Counted from the stretch's first letter, positions 32,216 to 43,259 are shown. The stretch is DNA of 64,000 bases from Candidatus Bathyarchaeota archaeon (GCA_963697165.1 CAVOMX010000011.1:96001-160000), one strand, 5' to 3'. Translations and numbers: made by a program. The notes: generated by a model from the sequence alone, not told the origin.

Positions 32216-33271
32216 CTACTTGTACCAGTCTAGACTTTTTTCTATGTATAGAATGAAGCTGTTGAAGAATTCTTTAACGTCCTTGGTTAATCTTGTTTTG
32301 GTTATGAGCTTTCTTGCCTGTTTTGAATGTTTTGTTGATGTCTGTTTTGCGGCGTCTAATCCTCCGCTCTCCCTGAGCAAATTTCTTGCTAGGTCTATTT
32401 CTCCGAAGCTGAGAAATTGCTTCCCGAGAAGACATTTCAATGCTTCAGACTTTTTTGGGTCTTCTGAGTTTAGTGCATAAATTATGTGGAGGGGCTTCTT
32501 GTTTTTTGAGATATCCAAACAGGATGATCTGCCATACTCTTCTTTCGGAGCAAAACTGTCTATGATGTCATCTTGGATGTCAAAGGAGTAGCCCATGTTC
32601 TCTGCTGCTTCACCCAACAGTAACAGGTCAGATTCTGGGGCATCGCCTAAGATGGCACCTGTAAGCAAGGTAACTTTGAAGAGCGAAGCAGCTCTTTTGC
32701 GTGCCATAACATTCCATTCGTTTACAGATACGTTCTTTTGTTCAAAAAGCAGGTCAAGAATTTGGCTCTCGTTAACTGCACGGTACCCCTCCGAAGTGAG
32801 AAGCAATACTCTACAGATATCCTCTTCTGAAAAACCAGAATTAATTATGGCACGAACAGCCAAGGCATATGCGATGTTTCCAGCGAAGACTGCGGCTCCG
32901 TCTCCAAATCTGTTGTCATATGGACGGTAGCTATTAATGAATTTCTTGTGCAAGGTGCTTCCCCCTCTTCTTTGAGCATCCATGTCAACCATGTCATCGT
33001 GAACCAGTATGGCGTGACGATAAAGTTCGACTCCGACACAGACCTTCAAGATTTTTTCGTCAACATCCCCAGTGTAGCCTTTGTATGTGAGCAGAGTGCT
33101 GCATGCAGCCAACCGTTTGCCTTTCCTTAGCACAAACTCTTCAATATCACCGTAAACCCTCTCAATGAAAGGATGATAATCTCCTGCCTCCTTCACACTT
33201 TCATCCAAAAACTTTCTGAGGCGTTCTTCGATTACCGCGCCATATTTATCTAATGTTTTTTCCCAACTCAT
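32216..33271 (-). CDS. Polyprenyl diphosphate synthase (GGPP synthase-like)
   Basis: GKRL, HDDMVD..RRG (FARM), IQDDIID (SARM). Confidence 0.9.
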   Translation of the reverse strand: MSWEKTLDKYGAVIEERLRKFLDESVKEAGDYHPFIERVYGDIEEFVLRKGKRLAACSTLLTYKGYTGDVDEKILKVCVGVELYRHAILVHDDMVDMDAQRRGGSTLHKKFINSYRPYDNRFGDGAAVFAGNIAYALAVRAIINSGFSEEDICRVLLLTSEGYRAVNESQILDLLFEQKNVSVNEWNVMARKRAASLFKVTLLTGAILGDAPESDLLLLGEAAENMGYSFDIQDDIIDSFAPKEEYGRSSCLDISKNKKPLHIIYALNSEDPKKSEALKCLLGKQFLSFGEIDLARNLLRESGGLDAAKQTSTKHSKQARKLITKTRLTKDVKEFFNSFILYIEKSLDWYK

Positions 33272-33789
33272 TGTTGTCCAGCCAAAGTTTGGTTACTAAA
33301 GAGGCTAGGAAGGCTTTTCTAAAAGCTTTTTCCCAAGACGTAGTCCTTAGTCAATTTGAAGGATTTAACACACGTATCCGGAAACAACGCTAAAACTGTT
33401 GAGCCTAGACAACCTTTGTCATGCGTAATCCCCATCCGACGAATTTTGACATAACAAGAATCCGACAAGGACTTTACAGAACCCCCGAACGTTATGTATT
33501 TAATTTTGATAGGCGCGCTTTTGCCGAACACGCCCACGACTTGCTAAAACCAAAAGATGAGGCTCTGCCCCTACGGGCTCATAGTCAGGGATATTTTCCA
33601 GTGTAACGGGAAAGAAAGTGAAGAATACAGAATCGCTTTTCACTCCAACCGGCGCTGAAATAATGATTGAAGCAATGGAAGAAAACGAGGCCTAAATTTT
33701 CATAATAATTACAAACAACGCAGCGTTCTTAACTAACCGTAGAACAGTGACTTCAGTTCTACCGCATAGTCAGCTCTTTACTTTTAGTT

Positions 33790-34470
33790 TTACGGAATAC
33801 ATGTTTTCTTTTTGTGTCGTCGGTCCAGTTCTTCGAATATGCTGTTGAGGTTGTAGCCTTTTTGGGCGAAGGATACTAGCATGTGGAAGATTATGTCAGA
33901 GGCTTCAAATGTAGCTTCTTTGGGATTATCCGATTTCACTGCAAGAATAAACTCCACTGCCTCTTCGCCTACTTTTTGAAGAACAGCATCCTCTCCTTTA
34001 GAGGTTAAACGAGAAACATAAGATTCTTCGCTAGGATTACGAATCCGCTCTTTTATGACTTCAAACAGTCTCTCAAGCATCTTCGCATCAACCCCCTGCA
34101 ATTCTTCTGCTTTTAGGGGCTTGTGGAAGCACGTTTCTTCGCCCGTGTGACACACTTGACCTACCTGCTGAACTTTAAATAAAACAGCATCGTTGTCACA
34201 GTCCAAAAACGCATTCTGCAGAAGCGAATAATGTTTGGATTCTTCCCCTTTCATCCAGATTCTGCCCTTGGTTCTGCTCCAAAAATGCATCCTGCCACTC
34301 GATAAAGTCAAACGCAGAGCCCCCTCGTTCATGTAGGCCTGCATCAGCACTCTATTGTTTGACGCGTCCTGAACAATGGCGGGAACTAGACCATTTCCCT
34401 TCCCAAAATTCACTTGTTCTATGAAGGCTTTAATCTCATTTTCATCAAGTTTCAGCACCAAACTTTTCAT
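33790..34470 (-). CDS. hisIE: Bifunctional PR-AMP cyclohydrolase / PR-ATP pyrophosphatase
   Basis: WMKGEES, DCDND, CHTGEETCF, KVGEEA. Confidence 0.96.
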   Translation of the reverse strand: MKSLVLKLDENEIKAFIEQVNFGKGNGLVPAIVQDASNNRVLMQAYMNEGALRLTLSSGRMHFWSRTKGRIWMKGEESKHYSLLQNAFLDCDNDAVLFKVQQVGQVCHTGEETCFHKPLKAEELQGVDAKMLERLFEVIKERIRNPSEESYVSRLTSKGEDAVLQKVGEEAVEFILAVKSDNPKEATFEASDIIFHMLVSFAQKGYNLNSIFEELDRRHKKKTCIP

Positions 34471-34476
34471 CCTCCA

Positions 34477-35286
34477 TTAGACTAGACGCATGGGCACTCC
34501 TTTCTCTGCAAGGTACCTCTTAACTTCTCCCACAGAATACTGAGCTCGATGAAAGATGGAAGCTGCTAGGGCAGCGTCAGCTTCTCCAGTCGTCAAAACA
34601 TCGTAGATGTGTTCAAGATTTCCAGCGCCTCCACTGGCAATTATTGGTAGATTTGTTGCTTTGCTCATGGCTCTTGTTAATGCTGTGTCGTAACCGTCCT
34701 GTGTTCCATCACAATCCATACTGGTTGGCAGCAGCTCCCCTGCACCCAACTCTTTAACTGTCTTAGCCCAACTTATGGCATCTATTCCTGTGGGAACTCT
34801 TCCGCCTTCAACGTAAACTTCCCACCAACACTTTCCCTTAGACGTATTTACAACATTCTTGCCCGGAAAGTCACTATACACGTAAACTCGTTTAGCGTCT
34901 ATAGCAACAACAATACATTGGCTACCAAAAACCGAGGCAGACTCGTCCACAAGTTTGTGATTCCTCACAGCCGCAGTGTTAACGGAAACCTTGTCCGCTC
35001 CCGAAGAAAGGGCGTTCTGTATGTCTGTGATGTTTCTGATGCCCCCACCCACAGTGAAGGGAATTGAGATCATGTCCGCGGTTCGTTTCACAACCTCTAA
35101 TGTTGTGTCTCTTTTTTCGTGGGATGCGGTTATGTCTAGGAAAACCACCTCGTCGGCGCCCTGTTCTTCGTATTCTGCCGCAAGCTCCGCTGGGTCACCT
35201 TCTACTTTCAGGTTAACAAATTGTACGCCCTTAACAACCTGTCCGTCCTTGACATCCAGGCAGGGCACTATCCGTTTAGCTAACAT
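34477..35286 (-). CDS. hisF: IGP synthase cyclase subunit
   Basis: [34 protein letters not shown]. Confidence 0.97.
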   Translation of the reverse strand: MLAKRIVPCLDVKDGQVVKGVQFVNLKVEGDPAELAAEYEEQGADEVVFLDITASHEKRDTTLEVVKRTADMISIPFTVGGGIRNITDIQNALSSGADKVSVNTAAVRNHKLVDESASVFGSQCIVVAIDAKRVYVYSDFPGKNVVNTSKGKCWWEVYVEGGRVPTGIDAISWAKTVKELGAGELLPTSMDCDGTQDGYDTALTRAMSKATNLPIIASGGAGNLEHIYDVLTTGEADAALAASIFHRAQYSVGEVKRYLAEKGVPMRLV

Positions 35287-35998
35287 TCTTTACAGTCTCC
35301 AAAGCTTCTTTAAGAGTAAACTTTTTTTTGTAAATAGCGGTGCCAACCACCACACCCTCTACGCCAGTCTTGGCTAACCCAACCAAATCCTCAAGCTTGG
35401 CTACGCCACCAGACGCTATAACCGGAACCTTCACCTTTTCTACAAGTTTCACAGTTTTTTCTATTTGTGGTCCCTTCAATGTTCCATCAACGTTAATGGG
35501 AGTAAAGATTAAGGCACCAACCTCCATGCTCTCAAAAGATTGGGCAAGGTTCAGATAGTCTACTCCAGACTTGTTTTTCCAGCCGTGAACCGCCACTTTG
35601 CCATCTTTTTCATCTATTGCTACGGCAACACTCTCTGACCCGTAACGATTAACAGCCTCCTTGACCAAGCCGGGATTCTTGACTGCTGCTGTTCCGAAAA
35701 TTACTCGGTATGCACCAAGTTTTAGAAATGCATCGGCTTTCTGTAAGGTTCTGATTCCTCCGCCAATCTGCACATTCACACTGATGTTCTCTAAGATTCT
35801 TTTGATTGCTTCCATGTTTTGTCCGGAGCCTAATGCCGCGTCCAAGTCAATTATGTGGATAAGTTGCGCCCCTTGCGTTTCTAGCAGTTGAGCTGCTTCT
35901 AGCGGGTCGTCATAGTAGACCTTGTTTTTGTTTGGGTCTCCACGAAAAAGCCGAACACATTTTCCGCCCAAAATGTCAACAGCGGGAATAACTATCAT
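35276..35998 (-). CDS. hisA: ProFAR isomerase
   Basis: [31 protein letters not shown]. Confidence 0.97.
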   Translation of the reverse strand: MIVIPAVDILGGKCVRLFRGDPNKNKVYYDDPLEAAQLLETQGAQLIHIIDLDAALGSGQNMEAIKRILENISVNVQIGGGIRTLQKADAFLKLGAYRVIFGTAAVKNPGLVKEAVNRYGSESVAVAIDEKDGKVAVHGWKNKSGVDYLNLAQSFESMEVGALIFTPINVDGTLKGPQIEKTVKLVEKVKVPVIASGGVAKLEDLVGLAKTGVEGVVVGTAIYKKKFTLKEALETVKNVS

Positions 35999-36003
35999 TT
36001 TGG

Positions 36004-36612
36004 TTACCTCTTTATTATCCTCACAAAGTTCTTCAGCATTGTTAATCCTGTTTTGCTGCTTTTTTCAGGGTGAAACTGTGTTGCAAAGATGTTCTTTTTT
36101 GCCACCATCGAAGGAAACCTTACCTCATACTCCGTGGTTGCCACGATAACCTCCGGGTCTGAAGGTCGCGGGTAGTATGAGTGAACGAAATAAACGTATG
36201 AGTGATCTTCGATTCCCTCTAGTAGCGGATGAGACTGTGCAAAGTCGATGGTGTTCCAGCCCATCTGAGGCGTCTTTACGCTTTCAGGCAACTTGACAAC
36301 ATCTCCAGAGATGAAGCCCAATCCCCTGATTGATCCGCCTTCGTTACTTCGCGTGAAGAGAAGCTGAAGCCCCAAGCAGACTCCAAGGATGTACTTTCCG
36401 TTCTCCATTGCCTCAGCTACAACATCAGTTATTGATGCCATGTTTTTGACTGCTGGAGCAAACGCGCCAACGCCCGGAAGAACTATAGCATCAGCGCTAC
36501 GTAGATCCTTTGGGTTGTGGGTGATCTCGACTTGGGCTCCCGATTTTTCGAGTCCTTTGCGGATGCTTCTCAGATTTCCCACGCCATAATTCACAACTGC
36601 TACTTGAGGTAT
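36004..36612 (-). CDS. hisH: IGP synthase glutaminase subunit (probable ATA start)
   Basis: (M)PQVAVVNYGVGN, LPGVG, GVCLG, YFVHSY, QFHPEKS. Confidence 0.95.
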   Translation of the reverse strand: MPQVAVVNYGVGNLRSIRKGLEKSGAQVEITHNPKDLRSADAIVLPGVGAFAPAVKNMASITDVVAEAMENGKYILGVCLGLQLLFTRSNEGGSIRGLGFISGDVVKLPESVKTPQMGWNTIDFAQSHPLLEGIEDHSYVYFVHSYYPRPSDPEVIVATTEYEVRFPSMVAKKNIFATQFHPEKSSKTGLTMLKNFVRIIKR

Positions 36613-36614
36613 TG

Positions 36615-37202
36615 CTACAGAACCCCCTTTGCGCTTGGAACCTGATCTCCGATTCTTGCCTCAACGGTTAATGCCTGCCTTAACGCCAGCGCTAGCGCCT
36701 TTATCGTAGCCTCTATTTTGTGGTGCTCGTTGCTGCCGTAGAGGACAGTTATGTGGATGTTAGCTTTCGAGGCTTGGGCTAGGGATTCGAAGAAGTGTTC
36801 TATGTCCTCGGTTTTCAGGTCTTCGATTTGGTCTTGCATGCTTCTGAGGTTTTGGATGCAGTAAGCTCTTCCGCCTAGGTCTACTGTGGCTCTTGCTAGG
36901 GCTTCGTCCATAGGAACATAGGCTGACCCGAACCTTTTGATGCCCTTGCCCTTGTTCACTGCCTTGTGTAGTGCCTCGCCTAGAACCAGTGCTACGTCCT
37001 CGCTTATGTGATGCTTCAGGTCTCCTGTGGCTTTGACTTTAAGGTCAAAGAGACCATGCTTAGCTAGAGTGACTAAAATGTGGTCCAGAAACCTGATGCC
37101 CGTTTCGACATCTGTGGTTCCTTTTCCGTCAACATCTAGCTGCAATGTTATGTCTACTTCTTTGGTTTTTCTTTCAACCTCTACTTTTCTCAGTCTAAAC
37201 AC
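36615..37202 (-). CDS. hisB: Imidazoleglycerol-phosphate dehydratase, monofunctional
   Basis: FLDHIL, HHISED, PMDEAL, NEHHKIE; no N-terminal phosphatase domain. Confidence 0.96.
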   Translation of the reverse strand: MFRLRKVEVERKTKEVDITLQLDVDGKGTTDVETGIRFLDHILVTLAKHGLFDLKVKATGDLKHHISEDVALVLGEALHKAVNKGKGIKRFGSAYVPMDEALARATVDLGGRAYCIQNLRSMQDQIEDLKTEDIEHFFESLAQASKANIHITVLYGSNEHHKIEATIKALALALRQALTVEARIGDQVPSAKGVL

Positions 37203-38391
37203 ATCCTCTCAGACTTGTAAACAGGTATGGAATATCATTCACGTCCGTTACTACGGCGTCAGCTCCATGTTTACTGTATTCCGAAAAAAGCTTATTTGAA
37301 TCCTCTGACGAGGACACGACACCCAGAAAGAACAGGTTCTCAAGTCCCTTCGCTTTTGCTTTTTCAACCAGTATGCCGTCTGCAATGCCGTCCCCCACAT
37401 AAGCTACTTTCATTCCCTGTTTCACTGTTTTTTCTACTAATTCGATGAAAAGAGTGGGGTCTGGCTTTCCAAGTTTTTCCATATCATCCTCGGATGTGAG
37501 CAGGTCTCCAAGGAAAACGGATTCTGTTTCGTCAAAGTATCCCGTGTAACCGTATTTCTCTAGGATGTACATACCTTGTGGCCTGGGTCTTCCAGAGTAA
37601 ATTCCGAACTTGCCAAACTGTCTGCGTAGCATGTTCATGGTCTCATTGGTGGGAATAAACTCCTCCACATCCAAAAGGCTTGTATCAAACTTGAAAAATG
37701 AGGATGTGCCATAGTTTTTGTTGAATAGATCTTTGCCTAGATACGTTTCTTCAAATAGTCGCTTTAGCAGATCAGGTTTCTTAAGGTCATACGGCACCAG
37801 CCGTTTAACAAGTTGCTCTTTATCCGCTACAACCTCTGGGTCAACGCCCATGAGAGATGTTTCGATCGGTTTTGGCTTCTCAAGGCTGGCTTGCGCCAAA
37901 AACAGGTCCAAGCCAACAATATTATCGTTTTTTAGATTGGCAAGGTCTGTTCCGTTGATTCCGTAGCGTCTAAGAAAGTCGCCGACCTTTTTCAGTTTTT
38001 GAATGAAATTTTGAACATCCGAGAACTGAATGCCTCCGAACTGCTTCGTGAATTTCTGGAGGACACTTTTTTGTTCAAGTTTCCGTAGTATGAGATTTAT
38101 ATAGTAACTGATTAGGGCGTAGGACAGCTTCCAATCGTTGTTGTAACGTCCCGTGTCCTTGAATTTCTGGATGTCCAGTAAGGTGGCTAATTTTCCTTTT
38201 TCTCCTTCAAGTTCCAGTATCTCTAGGACGTAATAGTCAACCACGTTTCTTATGGTCTGGCGGTACGACTGGCTAGTTTGAGCAAGAACGCCATCAAAAT
38301 CAAAGATTATCTGTTCTATCCCACGAAGAGACTCCTCAGAATCTTCTTTAACATATATCCCCTTTTCACAGTTCAGCAACCGGTAAGACAT
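37195..38391 (-). CDS. HAD-superfamily hydrolase, putative histidinol-phosphate phosphatase
   Basis: FDFDGV, YSGRP, KPDP, VGDGIAD; located between hisC and hisB. Confidence 0.8.
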   Translation of the reverse strand: MSYRLLNCEKGIYVKEDSEESLRGIEQIIFDFDGVLAQTSQSYRQTIRNVVDYYVLEILELEGEKGKLATLLDIQKFKDTGRYNNDWKLSYALISYYINLILRKLEQKSVLQKFTKQFGGIQFSDVQNFIQKLKKVGDFLRRYGINGTDLANLKNDNIVGLDLFLAQASLEKPKPIETSLMGVDPEVVADKEQLVKRLVPYDLKKPDLLKRLFEETYLGKDLFNKNYGTSSFFKFDTSLLDVEEFIPTNETMNMLRRQFGKFGIYSGRPRPQGMYILEKYGYTGYFDETESVFLGDLLTSEDDMEKLGKPDPTLFIELVEKTVKQGMKVAYVGDGIADGILVEKAKAKGLENLFFLGVVSSSEDSNKLFSEYSKHGADAVVTDVNDIPYLFTSLRGCV

Positions 38392-38396
38392 GCTGC

Positions 38397-39488
38397 TTAC
38401 TCCTCCAATGACTCCTTTAGGGCTGAAACGAAAGTCTCGTTCATGTTTCTGGTTCCCACAGTGACCCGTATGCAATTATCTAGGAGAAACAGGTGTCCCC
38501 TGTCTTTTACCAAAACATTTCTGTTTTCAATTCTCTCTGTTAAGGCTGCAGAGCTGAGCTTGTCTTTTGTTACTTTGAAGAGGATGAAGTTTGAGTCTGA
38601 AGGGTATGGTTTCACTCCATCAATCTGCTGTAGGTTCTTCATTAGCCATTCCCGTTCATTGACTACAAGATCAATTTTTTCTTTGAAGTAGCTCCAATTC
38701 TGCAGAGCCAAAACTATGGCTTGTTGAGTTACTGAATTCACATTGAATGGCCCTACTACTCGTTGAACATATTTTACAACGGGTTTGCTTGAAGCAAGAT
38801 AACCGAGGCGAAGCCCAGCTAAACCGAACGCCTTCGAAAAGCTTCGCAATACGGCAAGGTTGTCATAGTCTCTTATCCAGTTGATTACCGAACCTGAAGC
38901 GAAGTCCACGTAGGCTTCATCTACAACCACGATGCCCTTGAATTCCTCCAAGAGCCGCTTGATGTCCGATTCTCGAAACTGGTTGCCTGTGGGATTGTTT
39001 GGAGAGCAAACGAAAAGCAGGCGCGTTTCCTTATCTGTCTTCTTCAATAGGGCGTCAACATTCAAGCTGAAGTCTTTTTTAAGCATAACCGTGACTTTGC
39101 TGCCTCCATACAACTCCGCAAAGAAAGTGTACATTGGAAACGTTGGCTCAACAACCATGACCTTCGATCCTCTTCGGACAAACACTTTCATTAGCAAATC
39201 CATGATTTCATCTGCACCATTCGCAACAGAGACTTCAGATTCGCTCAAGCCCAGAAAGTCTGAGATGGCTTTGACGGCTAGGCTGCCTCGGGGTGGAGGA
39301 TATGCACGAACATCTATGCATCGGCAAGCATCAAGCAACAGTTTTTCAACAGCTTCGCTTGGCATGGCGAAGTTCTCGTTCAGGTTCATCTTCACGATCT
39401 TTTCGTCAGGTTTTCGCTCAAGGATAGTTTTGACTTCGTAGCATGAAAGGTCTCTGACTTCCTTCTGAACCAAGTTTTTGATTTTCAT
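38397..39488 (-). CDS. hisC: Histidinol-phosphate aminotransferase
   Basis: NEN, NGADE, SPNNPTG, VDEAY, RSFSKAFGLAGLRLG. Confidence 0.96.
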   Translation of the reverse strand: MKIKNLVQKEVRDLSCYEVKTILERKPDEKIVKMNLNENFAMPSEAVEKLLLDACRCIDVRAYPPPRGSLAVKAISDFLGLSESEVSVANGADEIMDLLMKVFVRRGSKVMVVEPTFPMYTFFAELYGGSKVTVMLKKDFSLNVDALLKKTDKETRLLFVCSPNNPTGNQFRESDIKRLLEEFKGIVVVDEAYVDFASGSVINWIRDYDNLAVLRSFSKAFGLAGLRLGYLASSKPVVKYVQRVVGPFNVNSVTQQAIVLALQNWSYFKEKIDLVVNEREWLMKNLQQIDGVKPYPSDSNFILFKVTKDKLSSAALTERIENRNVLVKDRGHLFLLDNCIRVTVGTRNMNETFVSALKESLEE

Positions 39489-40787
39489 TTTTCTTTCTCC
39501 TCTCTTATTGTTATAGCCTTTGCGTGTGCGCCAAAGCCCTCCATTTCGGCGATGGTGATCGCCGTTTCTTTCAGGTTCCTATAGCCTTCTTTGCTGCACT
39601 GAAGGAAATTCATTGTTTTAACAAAATCTAGGCTCGAGAGCCCAGAGTAAAATCTTGCGTAGCCTGCCGTAGGAAGGACATGATTCAATCCGGACGAATA
39701 ATCGCCAAACGATACTGGCGAGTACCCTCCCAAGAATACTGCTCCGGCGTTTCGAATCTTGCTGAACACTTTATTGGGCGCTTTTGTTTGAATTTGCAGG
39801 TGCTCGGGAGCTATCATGTTTGCTATTTCTATTGCCTCTTCGATGTTTCGGACTGTTACTATTAGTCCTCCTTTTTCTAGGGAAGATTTGATGATGTCTA
39901 TTCTGGAGAGCGTTTTCATCTGGCGGTATACTTCTTCTTTAACTGCTAATGCTAACTTTTCGGAGGGGGTTAAAAGAATCGCCCATGCTTGTGGGTCATG
40001 TTCTGCTTGGGCAAGAAGGTCAGCGGCAATGTAGGCGGCGTTGGCTGTATCGTCTGCGATTACTAAGACTTCGCTTGGTCCAGCTGGAACGTCTATGGCG
40101 ACGTCTCTGTTTACTTCCAGTTTTGCGGCTGTTACGTAAACGTTTCCTGGGCCCACAATCTTATCCACAGATTGTAAAGTACCTTGTACCGTAAGCCATG
40201 GCGGCTATAGCCTGTACCCCTCCAACTCTATAAAATTCACTCACTCCTGCAATGTCAGCAGCAACCAGAAGTGCCGGGTTAACGTCTCCGTTCTTTCCGG
40301 GTGGTGAACACACAACTATCTTTTCAACTCCAGCCACCTTGGCTGGGATAGTACACATGAGCACCGAAGAGGGATATGCTGCTTTTCCTCCAGGAGCATA
40401 AACGCCAACAGACGCTAATGGTCGAACTACTTGCCCCAGAGTTACTCCTTCCGCTATTTGCATTGTCCATTTGGCTCTTAGCTGCTTCTTGTGGAAGCTT
40501 GCGATGTTATCCGCGGCTTTGCTCAAAGCGGTGATCTGTTCTTTTTCCAGCTTCGTGTATGCTTCCTTGATTTCTTTGTCTGTGACTTTGAGTTTTTCCG
40601 TGGCTAGGAGTACCTTGTCGAATTTTTCGGTGTACTTCAGAATTGCTGTGTCTCCATGTTCTTTTACATCAGTTATTATTGTTTTAACCGTTGATGCGAT
40701 TGATGATAAGTCAGCTTTTCCTCGGTTCAGGACTTTGTCACGTTCGTTTTTGAATTCTTTGGATGATATGATTCTCATTTTGTTCAT
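39485..40787 (-). CDS. hisD: Histidinol dehydrogenase, split by a 1-nt insertion near 40182
   Basis: GVYAPGG..GGVQAIAAMAYGT in one frame; DKIVGPGN..AGPSE..QAEHD..APEHL..NHVLPT in the other. Confidence 0.93.
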
Positions 40788-41434
40788 GCCCCTCCTCGCA
40801 GTTTGGACTGCAGTTCGCTGATTTCCTTCTCGAAGGTTCTATATGCAATTTTGTTGCAGGCTAGTCTGCTGGTCGAGTCAAGGATTGTGCCGATTATTCT
40901 AAGCTTATTTTTTCGCAATGTTTCTCCGGTTGACGTTATGTCCACTATCATCTGAGCCAAACCCAGTTTTGGTGCAAGTTCTGTTGTTCCGCTGACCTCA
41001 AGAACTTCCACCTGTTTTCCTTGTTCTTCAAAGTATCTTCTGGTTATGTTTGGGAATTCGGTTGCGACCCTTGTTAATGCAGAGACATCGTTTATTGTTT
41101 TGATTGGTGATTTTTCTGGCACTGCAACGACGAGAGTTGCTTTTCCATATTCTAGGTCCACTAATTCGAGAACGTTTGCTTCTCTTTCAAGGATTAGGTC
41201 GTGTCCGGTGATGCCTAGGTCTACGGCGCCGTAGTGCACATAGACGGGTATGTCGTTGGCTCTGGCGAATATCGCCTCGTATCGGGGGTCAGAGGTCTTG
41301 GAAACGTAGGTTCTTTCCTCTTCCAGTACTGTTATGCCTGCTCGAGCTAATGCATCAATTGTCGGTTGTTTGATGCGTCCCTTGTTCGGTATTGCTATTC
41401 GGATCCTCTTTTTCAGTTTAGGGTTGACCTCCAA
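40784..41434 (-). CDS. hisG: ATP phosphoribosyltransferase, short form
   Basis: IAIPNKGR, DLGITGHD, VATEFP, VDITSTGETL; lacks the C-terminal regulatory domain. Confidence 0.95.
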   Translation of the reverse strand: MEVNPKLKKRIRIAIPNKGRIKQPTIDALARAGITVLEEERTYVSKTSDPRYEAIFARANDIPVYVHYGAVDLGITGHDLILEREANVLELVDLEYGKATLVVAVPEKSPIKTINDVSALTRVATEFPNITRRYFEEQGKQVEVLEVSGTTELAPKLGLAQMIVDITSTGETLRKNKLRIIGTILDSTSRLACNKIAYRTFEKEISELQSKLRGGA

Positions 41435-42708
41435 GGCTTCTCAGGAACGTTTCGAACATTACCTTTCTTGAGGTAGCTGATTTTATGTCGTAAACGGTTA
41501 CAAGATTCTCCAGCGACGATTCGACGGAAACAACGTAATCTGTCTCCGTGATCTTTCCATATTCTACTGTTTTTTCGAGACTTCTTCTTGTTACTTCCAA
41601 TGAGGCTATGACTCCTGCTTTGCGAAGAGTCTTAACTGCCTCTACTGCGGCGTTTCTAAATTTGGATGATACAATAACTCTTGTTTTTGTGTTACTTGGA
41701 ATTTCGAAGCCCTGTGCTGTGAGGGCTTGAAGCAGTTTCCCGATTTCCAATGCGAAGCCTATTGCGGGTAACCTAAGTTTTCCGAATTTTTCGATGAAGT
41801 TATCGTATCTTCCTCCACTGCCGAGGGGAAGACCCAAGTTTGGAACTGATGCCTCGAACACCATTCCCGTGTAGTATTCAATCTTTTTTGTTAAGGAAAA
41901 ATCGAAGAAAACCACATCTTCTACTTTATAGTCTTTTAGTGTTTCTTGAAGTTCGGTTAAGCTCTCTAACTGCTTGTTTACTTTATCATATTTTGAGCCG
42001 GTGAGAGATACTGCCGAGACTTCATTTAATCTTCTACAGCTGGAAAGCTTAAGGAACGCTTCTCTCAGATTTGAGGGGAAACTGTTCTGTTCCATGAACT
42101 TCTTTAGCCCCACGGAGTCTCGGCACGCTAGTAGACCCTGAACAGAGACTTTTTGCGGATCATCTAATCCTGCCGAATCTAGTAGGTCTTTGAGGAGGCT
42201 GGCGTGACCCAAATCGATTCTTACTTCATTCAAGCCAACCTGTTTGAGGGAAGATATGAGTATTGCCAGTATTTCGGCGTCAGCTTCAGATGTGTTGCAG
42301 CCGACAAGTTCAACTCCTGCTTGGCAGAACTCTCTTTCTCTATTGAGGTAGGATTGACTGTACCTGAAAACGTTGTTGATGTAAAATAGCCGAATTGGCT
42401 CGGGTGCAGATTGCATTCTGGTTGTCACGATTCTTGCGACTGGCGCAGTCATTTCGGCTCTTAGTGCCAAAAGTTTTCCGTCGAAGTCTTGGAACTTGAA
42501 CATGGCGTCGACCAGTTCTGAACCTACGCCTGTGGATAGTGTTTCGACGAATTCGATTGTGGGGGTGCGGACTTCGCTGTAGTTCCATAGTTCAAAAGTT
42601 TCTTTTAGTAGGTCTTCGATGTAGCGGTATTGTTTTGCTTCGTTAGGCAGTATGTCTTTTGTTCCTTTTGGGGCGTGTAGGCGTGTGAAGGTTATTCCTC
42701 CTTTGCAT
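41418..42708 (-). CDS. hisZ: ATP phosphoribosyltransferase regulatory subunit (start ambiguous)
   Basis: In-frame extension PKGTKDILP..EVRTPTIEF; LRAEMT, EFCQAGVEL, YYTG, GGRYD; first gene of an operon with short HisG. Confidence 0.88.
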
Positions 42709-42720
42709 TATTTATCCTCC

Positions 42721-42778
42721 GTGGGTAATTTGTGGGTTGAAACCCATATTCCACACATCTTATATAAAGGTTTTCGGA
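42721..42778. promoter_or_regulatory. Divergent his / regulator promoter with candidate operator
   Basis: BRE-TATA CGAAAACCTTTATATAAG on the minus strand; palindrome TGGGT-TGAA-ACCCA and repeated GTGGGT. Confidence 0.55.
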
Positions 42779-42801
42779 AGGATTAGTGGAGACCACAAAA
42801 C

Positions 42802-43209
42802 ATGCGAATGACCGAAATAGTCAGAGTAGACTCCAGAGGAAGAATTACCATGCCCTCATCCATTCGCGAAGCAGTAAGACTCTCAGAAGGAATGTACGTC
42901 ATGCTGATAGCCGATTTAGACGAAAAAGAAATACGAATCACCCCCTTCGCCGACCCAGAAGCAATACTCGTTGAATTAAGAATCACATTCTCAGACATCC
43001 CCGGCGCCCTAGCAAAAGCCGCAAGCATCCTAGCAAAACAGGGCGTCGACCTGCTATCCAGCGAATCTAGGACTCTTCGGAGAGGAAAATCGGCTGAATG
43101 GGTTATAGTCGCCGACGTTTCAAGATGCAAATGCAAACTGGAAGAACTGGAGCAGAAAATAGTTGCAGAAGGCACTGCAGAGCAAGTCAAGTTCCGCAAC
43201 TATTCCTAG
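42802..43209 (+). CDS. AbrB/MazE-type DNA-binding domain fused to an ACT domain
   Basis: VRVDSRGRITMPSSIRE (AbrB) plus DIPGALAKAASILAKQGVDL (ACT). Confidence 0.88.
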   Translation: MRMTEIVRVDSRGRITMPSSIREAVRLSEGMYVMLIADLDEKEIRITPFADPEAILVELRITFSDIPGALAKAASILAKQGVDLLSSESRTLRRGKSAEWVIVADVSRCKCKLEELEQKIVAEGTAEQVKFRNYS

Positions 43210-43259
43210 AGTTCTGTTATAAGCGCCCAGAAAGTTACTTTTCATCGGAGTGACTGAAC

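Noticed and set aside
33319..33700. Small ORFs between the polyprenyl synthase and hisIE
   Set aside because: No recognisable family; possibly a decayed or frameshifted small gene, not supportable
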